A stretch of DNA of 64,000 nt, from NCBI GenBank assembly GCA_963812605.1, contig CAWEWF010000014.1, forward strand, positions 288,001 through 352,000, in the 5' to 3' direction. A program made the position numbers and the translations under genes. Under the pieces are notes generated by a model that saw only the letters and a list, made by a program, of their open reading frames with translations, was not told the origin of the DNA and did no database searches. Below are positions 39,395 through 49,539 of the stretch, in pieces. Source of the DNA: an uncultured Verrucomicrobiae bacterium. GTDB lineage: Bacteria; Verrucomicrobiota; Verrucomicrobiia; Palsa-1439. How positions within the stretch are numbered: position 1 is the stretch's first letter; each line of letters starts with the position of its first letter.

Positions 39395-40659
39395 GAGCTG
39401 ACAATTTCGACCTTCGGCAACGGAAACAGCAGCTTTCCGCCGCCTCGCAGGAAAGCACTTTCACGGTTGATGAATTCCGGTCGGAAATGCCAGGGCAGGG
39501 CGAGAAAGTAATTGGGGTGACGGTCGCGGGCCTGTTGTTCGGAAATGATGGGCAGCAGCGTCCCCGGTGTGAAACAGCCATATTTTTCCGGATTGCGTTC
39601 CGCCAGGGCCGGTATATCGCGCTCGGTGAACTCGCAAAACTGCAGGATGACATTGCCTTTTGTCGAAGCGCCGTACCCGAGGATATTTTCTCCGCGCTTT
39701 TGAATGTCGCGAATTGTACGAGTCAATTCATCACGGTGCCGGAAGACCCTTTCCTTGAACATCTGATAGGGGGCCGGCGTGTGCAGCCCATTTTCTTTTT
39801 CCTGCTGAAGAAGCTTCTCCCAACGATTGTGCACCGGCTGGTAGGAAGAGTGTTGATGCGCCACGGTCACCCGAAAACTGCCGCCGTTGACGTTGTTGAC
39901 CTCCACGTCCAGGATCTTGAAACCGACCCGATCGGTGATCCATTTGATCTGCCGCAAGCCATAGTATTCGAGATGTTCATGGCAAACGGTGTCGTAGGCG
40001 TTGCGTTCCAGCATGAGCGGCATGTAGCTTTGTTCGAAGACCCAAACGCCGTCATCCGCCAGAATCGCCTTGATTTCCTCGACGAAGCGCAAGGGCGATT
40101 CCAAATCGTAAAACATCGCGATGGAGGTGACCACACGGGCCTTGCGTTCATTCATGACGCTGCGGTAGGCGGCCGCACTGAAGAAATCGGTCACCAGCGC
40201 CACGTTGTCAGGGTAATATTGGCGGAAATTAACGGCGCTGGGGTCGATGCCGGTCAGGGAAAGTCCGGCGTTTGGATACGCCTTGAGCAGGGTGGCGTCG
40301 TTGCTGCCGATATCGAGCACCACGTCTCCCGCCTTCAAGGAAACCAGGTCGGCAATCATGTTGGCGATGTGTTGGAGGTGCCGCGTCATCATCTGGTTCA
40401 ATCCGGATCGGTAGCCGTAGTGGCCCCGATACATTTCGTCCGGATTGAAGGAATGTTTCAACTGCAACAGCCCGCAACCGGGCGCTGGGCCTTCCTCGGA
40501 ACACTTGACGAGAATCAACGGACCAGCCGTGACCCGTTCCTCGCGAGACTTGGGGAACACACCGGTCAAAGCCTGCGTGCCCAGCGTGAGAACTTCCTCC
40601 AAATGTTGATTGCCGCACAGGCGGCACCGTTGAATCTCCGTGTAGGCTGTCGGGGTCAT
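39391..40659 (-). CDS. NDP-sugar C-methyltransferase (TcaB9/NovU type)
   Basis: Zn motif CRLC...C...C, LDIGSNDA, YDTVCHEHLEYY, NGGS, GYGASTKGN, LPWHF. Confidence 0.88.
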   Translation of the reverse strand: MTPTAYTEIQRCRLCGNQHLEEVLTLGTQALTGVFPKSREERVTAGPLILVKCSEEGPAPGCGLLQLKHSFNPDEMYRGHYGYRSGLNQMMTRHLQHIANMIADLVSLKAGDVVLDIGSNDATLLKAYPNAGLSLTGIDPSAVNFRQYYPDNVALVTDFFSAAAYRSVMNERKARVVTSIAMFYDLESPLRFVEEIKAILADDGVWVFEQSYMPLMLERNAYDTVCHEHLEYYGLRQIKWITDRVGFKILDVEVNNVNGGSFRVTVAHQHSSYQPVHNRWEKLLQQEKENGLHTPAPYQMFKERVFRHRDELTRTIRDIQKRGENILGYGASTKGNVILQFCEFTERDIPALAERNPEKYGCFTPGTLLPIISEQQARDRHPNYFLALPWHFRPEFINRESAFLRGGGKLLFPLPKVEIVSS

Positions 40660-40980
40660 GTGGTTACGAGCCAAACAGTATATCGGGCCTCGCGAGTTTG
40701 AACAAGAGAGATTGTCGCTGGTGCGCGGTCGCGTTGCCGCATTGTCCGCATATCAAACAAATCCAATTGGCGCAATCGAACCAATACCACCTCACGCACC
40801 GGCTTGCAGGAAACAACTCCTGCCTTATAGACTCGCAGAACTCAGCCCTTCCCACTGGTCTTCAAGAAACCCTCAAGGCGTGCCTGCTCTAGCTGAAATA
40901 CTCAAGGCAGCAGTGGTGCTCTATAACCAGCACATGCGGACCCAGCCCACCACAAAGGCCTGTCGTCCTGCCGCTTGCTT

Positions 40981-41586
40981 CTAGGCGGCGCGGCGACGGG
41001 AGCCAAAACGACAAAGCAGCAAGCCACCAAGCGATACCAACAGCCAAGTGGCCGGCTCCGGGACGACCTCGACAACGCCGAAGTTGGGTATGGGGGAGCT
41101 GCTTCCGTAACCGCTGGCAGGATCGTTTGACGTGTTGTTCCACAACCCAAAAGACGGATTCGCGGCGATACCGATAATCTGGACGTAGTCATCGGTGGTG
41201 GGCGTGTTGGGTTCACCGCCGGCCCAGTTCCGATAGCTCGATGACTCGCCATCGACCCAGGAATAATTGGCGGCAACGCTGCCATCGAGTGAAATGGCAT
41301 TCAGTCCGATCCAGAGATTGCGCTGCACGCCATTGTAGTCAGCGAACTGCTGGGTCACCCAGGTGCCTTCGGCGGCGTCGTTGATGGTCACCAGGTTTCC
41401 TCCCAAGGTCAGCGCCTGGGATTGGGCGTCGGTCCAGTTGCTGTTATCCAACAGGTAATAGCTGTGACCGTTGGCTGGATTAACGATGGGACCAGCTAGG
41501 GGGGTCGCTGTAATCTTCGTTGCCGTTAAAACCGTGAACAGAACCATTGCCGCTGCGGACAGCCATGTGGATTGAATTGCCTTCAT
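40981..41586 (-). CDS. PEP-CTERM protein with a C-type lectin domain
   Basis: Signal peptide; NGHSYY...WTDA...LWIGL...YRNWAGGEPN...WN; VPEP + TM + RRR; AGGAG RBS. Confidence 0.88.
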   Translation of the reverse strand: MKAIQSTWLSAAAMVLFTVLTATKITATPLAGPIVNPANGHSYYLLDNSNWTDAQSQALTLGGNLVTINDAAEGTWVTQQFADYNGVQRNLWIGLNAISLDGSVAANYSWVDGESSSYRNWAGGEPNTPTTDDYVQIIGIAANPSFGLWNNTSNDPASGYGSSSPIPNFGVVEVVPEPATWLLVSLGGLLLCRFGSRRRAA

Positions 41587-42134
41587 GTTATTTCTCCTGG
41601 TTTTTGTTGGGGATTAATCCCCTGGGTTTATGTTTCTACTGCGCAGAAGTCACGGGCGCTGAGTCGGGACAACGGCTGGGCTACTCTGACGCACAGGGAT
41701 CTCATCGCCATCGAAGACGGAAATGAACGCTGTAATGGCACACCCATAACGTTTGGCAACCGGCGGAGTGCTCGCTTCTCCGGCAGCGATTCTGTGGGCC
41801 TCCGTCAGACAAGTCAAGTATCTACAGCGTTGGGGGATTGCGTCTGTCGTGTGGACCCCTAAGCAATCGATGGCTGGTCGAGTGCAGTTGGTCCGAATGG
41901 CAGGCGCTGACCGGGAGTGACTACAAACGCGGTGGTGCTGCGTTATTGGGAGGATATGTCTGCGAGTATCATATGGCTCGTCAAGACATTCCCGCGATGC
42001 CTGTCGTGCGTGGTGCTTGCCACGAGCCCGAGGACTGATATACTGATCACTAGGGAAAGGTCCGTCAAAAGCCCGGCATTTGCGACGGGTATGAGCGTCG
42101 ATATAATCGGTCGGAATCAACCAGAGAAAACTAC

Positions 42135-42821
42135 ATGACAACACCAGATGCCGTGAACACAGAGCAGTGGAACGCCAATTCGGTGGTGCTGATCAAGAGT
42201 CGTCCGGCGCACCTGCATCGGGACATGGTTCTGAAGCGTTCCCGCCTGCTCGAGATGGTGACCGACCGGAACAAGAGAATTCTCGACCTTGGCTGCGGTT
42301 CCGGGCCTTTTCTCCAGTATTTCACGGAACGCGGTTATACGAACCTGTATGCGATCGAACCGGACGCGGACTTGATCAAGAACATCCCGGCAACCGTCAA
42401 GGCCGATGTGCGGGTTTGCCGCGCCGAGAAGATCGATTTCGAGTCGGAAATGTTTGATGTCGTGTTTGTCTACGGCGTCTTACATCATTTGCAGGGCATC
42501 CCTGCCTACCAGCAGGCCTGCCGCGAGATTGGCCGTATCTTGAAGCCTAGCGGACTCGTGTTCATCATGGAGCCGGGGCAATATCAGGTATTTCGCGCAG
42601 TTGAAGCCGGGGCAAAGATGTTGGGGTTTGTTTCCAGGACATTCAAGGCTTTCTCAGAATGTCTGGAAGAGGAACGGGAGACACAACACTTTTTCATCCG
42701 CAACCACGGGATTGTGCGTGATACCTTGTTGAAGGAGGGCTTGCGGCCGGTGGTGGACCGGTATTTTCTGTATTCATGGATCTTTACCGCGACGAAAGAG
42801 CCGAAGCGGTCGAACCCATGA
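42135..42821 (+). CDS. Class I SAM-dependent methyltransferase
   Basis: ILDLGCGSG, GVLHHL, RILKPSG. Confidence 0.85.
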   Translation: MTTPDAVNTEQWNANSVVLIKSRPAHLHRDMVLKRSRLLEMVTDRNKRILDLGCGSGPFLQYFTERGYTNLYAIEPDADLIKNIPATVKADVRVCRAEKIDFESEMFDVVFVYGVLHHLQGIPAYQQACREIGRILKPSGLVFIMEPGQYQVFRAVEAGAKMLGFVSRTFKAFSECLEEERETQHFFIRNHGIVRDTLLKEGLRPVVDRYFLYSWIFTATKEPKRSNP

Positions 42822-44269
42822 CCGTCTCCGCGGAATCAGCGTTGCCCCGGCGCGCGGTTACCGATCTGGCCATGAAGTCGTGCATCGGCATCGCGATGAT
42901 TGTGTTCTTCGGCATGGCATGGTTGAAGTATCATTACTTCAACGGTGACACCAACGACCTGACGGTCTTCTCTTACGCTTTTGCCGGCGCCATGCGTGGA
43001 CAGTTTCTTCCTGTGTACTTTGCACCGGGCTGTCTGCTCGGCTGCCATGTCAACTGGGTGGTTTTGGCCGGACTGCCATTGTTCGCCGTTTGGCGGTCTT
43101 TTTATGCGTTGCTGTTCTTCCAATCGTTCATGCTGACTATTGCGGCGTGGCCGTTCTATTTGTTGGCGAAGCACGTGTTACAGAATGACCGGGCCGCGCT
43201 TCTCGCCGGGATTGCATTCCTGGTCTTCCCAACCATCGTGTCACAACACGTGAATCAGATTCACGACGATCAGTTCGGTCTGCCGTTTATGATGTTGGCC
43301 ACGTATTACTTTGTCACGGGACGTTTTCGCGGTTTCGTTATCGGGATGGTTCTGACGTGCTTCGGCAAGGAGAGCCTGACGCTAACCACGGCGGCGTTTG
43401 GGGTGTACGCGCTTCTCGAACGGCGTTCATCGCAGTGGGTGGTAACGCCTGTTCTTTTCAGCGTGTTGTACCTGGGATTTGCTATTTTCCTCCTCCGCCA
43501 CGTCTTCGCTGGCTTGGGCGCGCCGGTCTGGGAGGCAGCGTATCATTTGGGTGCGTACGGAAAGACCTATGGCGAAATCTTTCATACCTTCCTCACTCGG
43601 CCAGGCTTTGTGATGCAAGTGGTCTTCACGGATCAAAAAGTCAGCTACTTGAGCAAACTGTTTCTGCCCGTATTATACATCTTGCCGTTCCTGTCCCCAG
43701 CCATCGTATTGTCATTGCCCAATCTCCTGCTCAATATGTTCGTGCCCAACACCGCGTTCACCGTTATGCCTTGGCACTACAACATCATCCTGGGCTCGAC
43801 GCTGCTGGTGACAAGTTTGTTCGGTATCAAACGTCTCAGCAACTGGTTTCCCCGGTACGCCGACAAGCTGCTACTGGGTTTGCCGGCGGCGATGGTGGCG
43901 TTATCATTGGTGGGCATACAATTCTGGTACCGCGCAGAGGAATATCAACCCAAGCCCTATCAGGCCACGCTGGAGCACGTGGTCGGAGCGGTTCCGTCGA
44001 ATGCCGCGGTATTGTGTCCCACGCCAATGTTGGCCCAGTTCTCCAACCAGCCGAGGGTCGATTCCGCGTACTCCTTGTTGGTTATCGACAAGAAACCAGA
44101 AGCGCTGACGAACTACGACTTCATCATTCTCGACGGGAACTGGCGTGCCTACGAAGCGATCGGTCAGATGCAATTGGTGAAACTGTTCAATGAGAATCCG
44201 TCGTTGCAGCAGCGGTTTCGCACGGTGTTCCATGAGAACAACGTGTTCGTCCTCCAACAGGTGAGGTGA
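42818..44269 (+). CDS. DUF2079-like polytopic membrane protein (GT-C type)
   Basis: Loop Asp after TM1 (NDLTVF), LGCH, LLFFQS, IHDD, KE, WHY; ~11 TMs. Confidence 0.65.
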   Translation: MTVSAESALPRRAVTDLAMKSCIGIAMIVFFGMAWLKYHYFNGDTNDLTVFSYAFAGAMRGQFLPVYFAPGCLLGCHVNWVVLAGLPLFAVWRSFYALLFFQSFMLTIAAWPFYLLAKHVLQNDRAALLAGIAFLVFPTIVSQHVNQIHDDQFGLPFMMLATYYFVTGRFRGFVIGMVLTCFGKESLTLTTAAFGVYALLERRSSQWVVTPVLFSVLYLGFAIFLLRHVFAGLGAPVWEAAYHLGAYGKTYGEIFHTFLTRPGFVMQVVFTDQKVSYLSKLFLPVLYILPFLSPAIVLSLPNLLLNMFVPNTAFTVMPWHYNIILGSTLLVTSLFGIKRLSNWFPRYADKLLLGLPAAMVALSLVGIQFWYRAEEYQPKPYQATLEHVVGAVPSNAAVLCPTPMLAQFSNQPRVDSAYSLLVIDKKPEALTNYDFIILDGNWRAYEAIGQMQLVKLFNENPSLQQRFRTVFHENNVFVLQQVR

Positions 44270-44272
44270 GCG

Positions 44273-45916
44273 ATGGCGACGAATCCGATCTCTCGCAAGC
44301 AGCTTTGGGGACTGGCGACCCTGTTTGGCGGGTTGAATATCCTCGTCCATCTCCCGTTTTTGTTCCGGTACGACCTCTACTTCCAGTCGGACCTCGCGGT
44401 GTGTCATCTGATGGCCAAGCAGATCATGCGGGGCGACTTTCCGCTCTACAATTGGGGAGCGGACTATGGCGGCATTGGTCCGGTGGACTTCCTAACGGCG
44501 TTGCTGTTCAAACTATTTGGGGCCTCGATTCCATTGTCGGGATTCGTCAGCTTGTTGTTCTGGGCGGCGGGCGTAAGCTTGTTGACGGCCTATGTCGGGG
44601 TGCACGTTGGACGCCGGGCAATGATTGCGGCTGGCGCGGCGCTAGCCGTCGGAATGCCGCATTTTTTGCTGTATTGCACCGAACCGCTGAGCTCGACGTA
44701 TTCGCAGGCGGCACTGTACATCGGCGGGTTCGTTTGGCTGACGGTAACGATGTTGAAACGTGGTCCCCGCAGCCTGCTGCCGATCTTTGTCGGGCTGTTG
44801 ATGGGCTGGTTCTGGTACGCCCACAAACAAGTCGTGGTCGTATGGGCGGCCATCGGCCTGTCGTTGCTGATGATGGAGCAGGGGCGGGAGTATCTGAAAA
44901 AGGTCATCCCCTCGAAGATCGCGGTTTTTACGGCCCTGGCTTTCCTGGTTGGGTACAGTCCGGAACTGCTCTACAAACTTGGTTACTTCAGCCACGAAGG
45001 GCGGGTGCCGGACACGGCTCGGTTCCTTAAATTCGCCACACCGGAGATGATGGCTCAGAACTGGTACATGATTTTTCGGTGCATCCCCACCTATGTCAAC
45101 GCCGACCCGTTGAGCCGCAGCGATTCGAGTGTGCATTACCTCAACCATCTGGAGAACTGGGAAAGTTTTCCGCAACAACCCGCCGACACGGTGGGCATCA
45201 TCGCGGCCTGCCTGATCATCGGCTTCATCCTTCAGATGGCCGTCAAGACGTACCGGGAGAAGAACCTGCCGCTATTTCTGCTGGCCATGATCCCGTTGGT
45301 GGATGCCGGTATCATCGTCCTGTCGGCGACGGCAGGGGGCTCCTACTACAGCATCCGACGATATCTTTTGCCGGCCGGCATCGTGGGGTTGGTGTGGCTC
45401 GGCATTCGGTTGGCCGACGACTGGGAGGCGAAGCGGCGTGTTCGCGCCATCGTCCTCGGACTCACCGTGCTTATTTCTCTGTTGAGCCAGCAGGCGATGC
45501 TGAAGATACCCGACCAGTTGGTCGACTACAAAGAAACGGCGAAGGAGATCGAGCAGGCCGGCTATAAGTACGGTCTGTCATGGTTTTCGCAATCACACAC
45601 CTTGACGGCGCTGGCCGATGAACGGGTGAGTTTCGGCATCATTGATCGGCGGTTCGAGTGTCCGTATCAACTGCCGGCCACCGCCGCGTCCGAGGTGGCC
45701 ATCGTGTGGCAGGCGACCTCGGCGCCGCCGTTCGAATTCGCGCAGAATCTCCTGCTCGGTGGCGTGCGGATCCCTGGGCGCGGACCGCAGATTCTGCCGG
45801 AGAAGATCAACATTTTTGGTTATGCTTATACCCGCCTGGCTGAACCCAGGATCGTTGGCGAACTCGGCTGGGCGCCTTATCGCAAAGGTTCGGCTGCCGT
45901 GCCGCAAATCCCGTAG
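44273..45916 (+). CDS. Polytopic membrane protein, GT-C/ArnT-like
   Basis: FQSDLAVCHLMAKQI...PLYNWGADY after TM1, RRYLLP late loop, soluble C-terminal domain. Confidence 0.55.
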   Translation: MATNPISRKQLWGLATLFGGLNILVHLPFLFRYDLYFQSDLAVCHLMAKQIMRGDFPLYNWGADYGGIGPVDFLTALLFKLFGASIPLSGFVSLLFWAAGVSLLTAYVGVHVGRRAMIAAGAALAVGMPHFLLYCTEPLSSTYSQAALYIGGFVWLTVTMLKRGPRSLLPIFVGLLMGWFWYAHKQVVVVWAAIGLSLLMMEQGREYLKKVIPSKIAVFTALAFLVGYSPELLYKLGYFSHEGRVPDTARFLKFATPEMMAQNWYMIFRCIPTYVNADPLSRSDSSVHYLNHLENWESFPQQPADTVGIIAACLIIGFILQMAVKTYREKNLPLFLLAMIPLVDAGIIVLSATAGGSYYSIRRYLLPAGIVGLVWLGIRLADDWEAKRRVRAIVLGLTVLISLLSQQAMLKIPDQLVDYKETAKEIEQAGYKYGLSWFSQSHTLTALADERVSFGIIDRRFECPYQLPATAASEVAIVWQATSAPPFEFAQNLLLGGVRIPGRGPQILPEKINIFGYAYTRLAEPRIVGELGWAPYRKGSAAVPQIP

Positions 45917-45918
45917 CT

Positions 45919-46455
45919 TCAGCCACCCGGTTCCAGGCGTAGGAACCGCTTGAGTCCGCCGGCAATCCTGGCATTTCGCCGGCCCTTTTTGGTGAGCGAG
46001 AAGACTTCGCCCTCAGCCACGACAAAACCGTTGTTCTGCAGATCCAGCAGCCGCTGGCCTAACAACTTCTCGTAGGGGAAAGCCTTTTTAAGGTCGTCCA
46101 AGGTCATTCGCCTGGCCGGGGTATCTTCGAGGGCCATCATGTAAAGAACGGACAGCGAGTGATCGGCGCAGAAGTAGCAATAGCACCACGCGAAAAAAAG
46201 CAGTGCGTAGAGCAGCGCACCATTGAGAAATGCCGCCAATCCTTTCGGGTCCTGCCACGGCAGCGGGCAGCCCAGCCACGCGGGCAATGCGGCGCGGACA
46301 CCGAAATATAGGGCCACATACACTGGTAGAAGCAGCGTCCAGATGCCGATCATTACCTGGAGACGATGCCCGACCGGCGGGAAATGAAACCGCCCCACGA
46401 CCGCCAGAATAAACAGCGCCAGGCACAGGAAGGCCGTGAGAATGCCACTCAGCAT
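45919..46455 (-). CDS. 3-TM protein with a C-terminal winged-helix-like domain (paralogue 2)
   Basis: Three hydrophobic segments, then RMTLDDL...QRLLDLQNNGFV...FSLTKKGRR. Confidence 0.65.
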   Translation of the reverse strand: MLSGILTAFLCLALFILAVVGRFHFPPVGHRLQVMIGIWTLLLPVYVALYFGVRAALPAWLGCPLPWQDPKGLAAFLNGALLYALLFFAWCYCYFCADHSLSVLYMMALEDTPARRMTLDDLKKAFPYEKLLGQRLLDLQNNGFVVAEGEVFSLTKKGRRNARIAGGLKRFLRLEPGG

Positions 46456-46459
46456 CTTG

Positions 46460-46981
46460 TCATTCCTGGCCGATTCGCAGGAGTTTCCATACCAGTTTGT
46501 TGGCGGCCGCGAAGCGCCGGCCCTTATCGGTACTGACGAAGTTTTCGCCATCCTTGCGCCAATAGCCCATCGTGAGGATCTGTCCGAGCCGCTTTTCGAG
46601 GATGTAGTCGTAGGAATAGACCCGCATGATTTCCGCGAGCTTCATTCTGCCCTGCGGTGCCCGGCTGATCTCAATAGTCACCCGCAAGGACAGGCCGCGC
46701 TCCAGCAGGAAGAAGAACGCGGTGTAACCGATGAGCAGCAGCACCTCGATGAGCAGGCCGTTCAGAAGATCGATCACGCCGTTCGTAGTCCGCAGGTCGA
46801 CGGCCAGCCGCGGGTAGTTGCGGGACAGGACGAGAAAGACCACCAGGTAAACCGGTAGAAATGCCAGCCAGAGCAGGTTGAGCAATCGCGATGGACGCGG
46901 CCACGAACGCAGATGACACGCCGCCCAGTGCGCAAGCACGTATACCGCGAAACTGCCGAAGGCTGCCAGCATTCCGGTCAT
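46460..46981 (-). CDS. 3-TM protein with a C-terminal winged-helix-like domain (paralogue 1)
   Basis: Three hydrophobic segments, then RMKLAEI...KRLGQILTMGY...FVSTDKGRR. Confidence 0.65.
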   Translation of the reverse strand: MTGMLAAFGSFAVYVLAHWAACHLRSWPRPSRLLNLLWLAFLPVYLVVFLVLSRNYPRLAVDLRTTNGVIDLLNGLLIEVLLLIGYTAFFFLLERGLSLRVTIEISRAPQGRMKLAEIMRVYSYDYILEKRLGQILTMGYWRKDGENFVSTDKGRRFAAANKLVWKLLRIGQE

Positions 46982-47162
46982 GGTCGTGGCCGCACTCTAT
47001 ACGGTCAGCGGACGCCGTCGGCAAGGCTGCATTTTGCCTTGAACAGAATTGTTTCCGTGTGCACACTGCCGCAGTCGGTGGAGCGCACGGATCGGCGCAT
47101 TCGCAGTTTGGATTGACGGCAGCGGAGCCAGGCGATTTCTCGGCGATTAAAGGGAAGATTTC

Positions 47163-48488
47163 ATGTTGACGGATACGGAAATTCGAAAGTCTGTTCAGGA
47201 ACTGGTGGCCGGCGCTCTGCCGATTTCATCCATGCGCGGGTTGGATAACGAAAACTTTGTGCCCGGCGAGACGCAGATTCAATACTCCGGTCCCACCTGG
47301 ACCAATGAAGAGATTGAAGCCGCGATCTATACGATTTTGCGCGGGAAGTGGTTGAGCTCGGGGGAAAACGTCGCCCGCTTCGAGCACGCCATTTCCAGGG
47401 AGCTGGGAAGGAAACACTCGATCATGTGCAATTCCGGCAGCTCAGCGAACCTGTTGATGCTCGCCGCCCTGAAGTCCACACACACCTACGGATTCAAGGA
47501 CATTGAGGTCATTACGCCGGTGGTTTGCTTCCCGACGACCGTGGCGCCCATGCTGCAATGCGGCTTTACCCCCCGTTTCGTGGACATCGAACCCGGCACT
47601 TTGAACCTGGATCTCGATTTGTTCGAAAAGGCCATCACGGAGAAGACCAAAGCCGTAATGTTTTCACACGTGCTCGGGAACCCGCCCGATATGGATCGTG
47701 TGGTGAAGATTTGCCAGGAACGAAATCTTTTGTTGCTCGAGGACAATTGCGACGCGCTGGGCAGCACCTGGCGCGGCAAACCGCTGGGGTCCTTCGGCCT
47801 GATGTCCAGCCATAGTTTCTATCCCTCGCACCATATCACCACCGGCGAAGGCGGTCTGGTCAGCATGGACGACGAAGTCCTGGCTCGCGTTGTGCGGAGT
47901 ATCGCCTGGTGGGGTCGAGATTGCTATTGCATCGGGTCGGCGAATTTGTTGCTCGCAGGAACCTGCGGGAAGCGATTTGACCGGTGGCTGGCCCCGAATT
48001 ACGAGGGCATTCTAGACCACAAGTACATCTACGAAGAAATTGGCTACAACTTGAAGCCGCTAGACCTGCAAGGCGCCATCGGGTTGGTCCAACTCAAGAA
48101 GCTCGACTTCATCAAATCCGCCCGCAAACGCATTTACGCCGCGTTCCAGGAAATTTGCACGAAGTACCCGTCCTTGATTCGTACCAGTACCGCCGACCCG
48201 CGCGCTGACGTCAGTTGGTTTGGGTTCCCGATCACACTTACGACGAAAAAGTTCGCCCGCGCCGACTTTGTGAACCACCTCGAATCCAAAAAAATTCAGA
48301 CGCGGAATTATTTTTCGGGCAACATTCTCTTTCACCGTCCGTACGCGCACCTGGGCAATCCGCACGATTATCCGCAAGCCTGCAAGGTGATGGAAGACAC
48401 CTTTTTTATTGGGGTACACCCGATGATGACCGATCCAATGATCGATTATGTCCAACAGACGCTGGACGGTTTCCTCAAGAAATGGTGA
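47163..48488 (+). CDS. rfbH: NDP-4-keto-6-deoxyglucose 3-dehydrase (RfbH/DdhC, E1)
   Basis: NSGSSANL, EDNCDALG, SFYPSHHITTGEGG (His in place of the Schiff-base Lys), WGRDCYC...TC, DHKY...GYNLK. Confidence 0.85.
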   Translation: MLTDTEIRKSVQELVAGALPISSMRGLDNENFVPGETQIQYSGPTWTNEEIEAAIYTILRGKWLSSGENVARFEHAISRELGRKHSIMCNSGSSANLLMLAALKSTHTYGFKDIEVITPVVCFPTTVAPMLQCGFTPRFVDIEPGTLNLDLDLFEKAITEKTKAVMFSHVLGNPPDMDRVVKICQERNLLLLEDNCDALGSTWRGKPLGSFGLMSSHSFYPSHHITTGEGGLVSMDDEVLARVVRSIAWWGRDCYCIGSANLLLAGTCGKRFDRWLAPNYEGILDHKYIYEEIGYNLKPLDLQGAIGLVQLKKLDFIKSARKRIYAAFQEICTKYPSLIRTSTADPRADVSWFGFPITLTTKKFARADFVNHLESKKIQTRNYFSGNILFHRPYAHLGNPHDYPQACKVMEDTFFIGVHPMMTDPMIDYVQQTLDGFLKKW

Positions 48489-48495
48489 AGACGTC

Positions 48496-49498
48496 TTGAG
48501 CCAAACGAAACCGCGTCCACAGCCGGGCAAGATCAGCGCCGTCGTGATCTGTTATCGAGACGCGCCGGCGGTCCCGATCATGCACCAACGGCTGACCGCC
48601 GTGTTTCAGAAGCTCGACGTCGATTACGAGATTATCTTCGTCAACGACAACAGCCCGGACAACGCGCGGGAGGTGCTCGCGGAACTCGCGGGGCGCGACC
48701 CGCGGGTCGTCGTCATCAACCACAGCCGCAACTTCGGGGCGCAGAGCGCGTTCACGAGCGGGATGCGCATCGCGACGGGGGATGCGGTGGTGCTGCTGGA
48801 CGGCGATCTGCAGGATCCCCCGGAATTGATTGAAGCGCTGGCTGAAAAATGGCGGGCGGGATATCGACGTGGTTTATGGCGTGCGCGTCAAGCGGGTGGC
48901 GACGCGGTTCCTCCAGGTCGCCTACAAGGCCTTTTACCGGCTTTTCCGCGCGGCTTCTTACGTGCCGATGCCCCTGGATGCCGGCGATTTCTCGCTACTC
49001 GACCGCCGCGTGGTCAACGCGATCAATGAGCTTCCCGAAAACAATCGCTTGATTCGCGGGCTGCGCTCGTGGGTTGGGTTCACCCAGACCGGGGTGCCTT
49101 ACGTTCGACCCGAAAGAATGTTTGGGCGAACCACGAACTCGTTGTTGAAGAATTTCGGGTGGGCGCGCAAGGCGATTCTCTCATTCTCCTATGCGCCGCT
49201 GGATATCATTATCTGGCTGGGTCTGGCGACCGTGGGGTTTTCGTTCTTGGCGATTGTGGTGCAGGTGGTCTTGCGGCTCTTTTTCCCGGACATCGCGCCG
49301 CGCGGTTTTACGATGTTGTTCTGTTTCATCTCGTTCCTGGGCGGCGTCCAATTGCTGAGCCTGAGCATCATCGGGTCCTACATGGCGCACATCTATGACG
49401 AGGTCAAACGGCGGCCGGCCTATATCGTGGAGAGCATCCTGAACGACCCGCGCCCGAAAGACGAAGCCAAGGCGGAGAAGCGTGACACGTCCGCTTGA
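48496..49498 (+). CDS. GtrB/ArnC-like GT2 with two C-terminal TMs, frame break near 48860
   Basis: FVNDNSPD, SRNFGAQ, DGDLQDPP, then DAGDFSLLDR, RGLRSWVGF, IYDEVKRRP. Confidence 0.85.
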
Positions 49499-49539
49499 TC
49501 CACGGGACGGACGCATCTGTGTCTCGTCGCGCCAGGAAA

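Noticed and set aside
41838-42038. Possible degraded lectin fragment (GYVCEY)
   Set aside because: Only one short motif and no supporting start; too weak.
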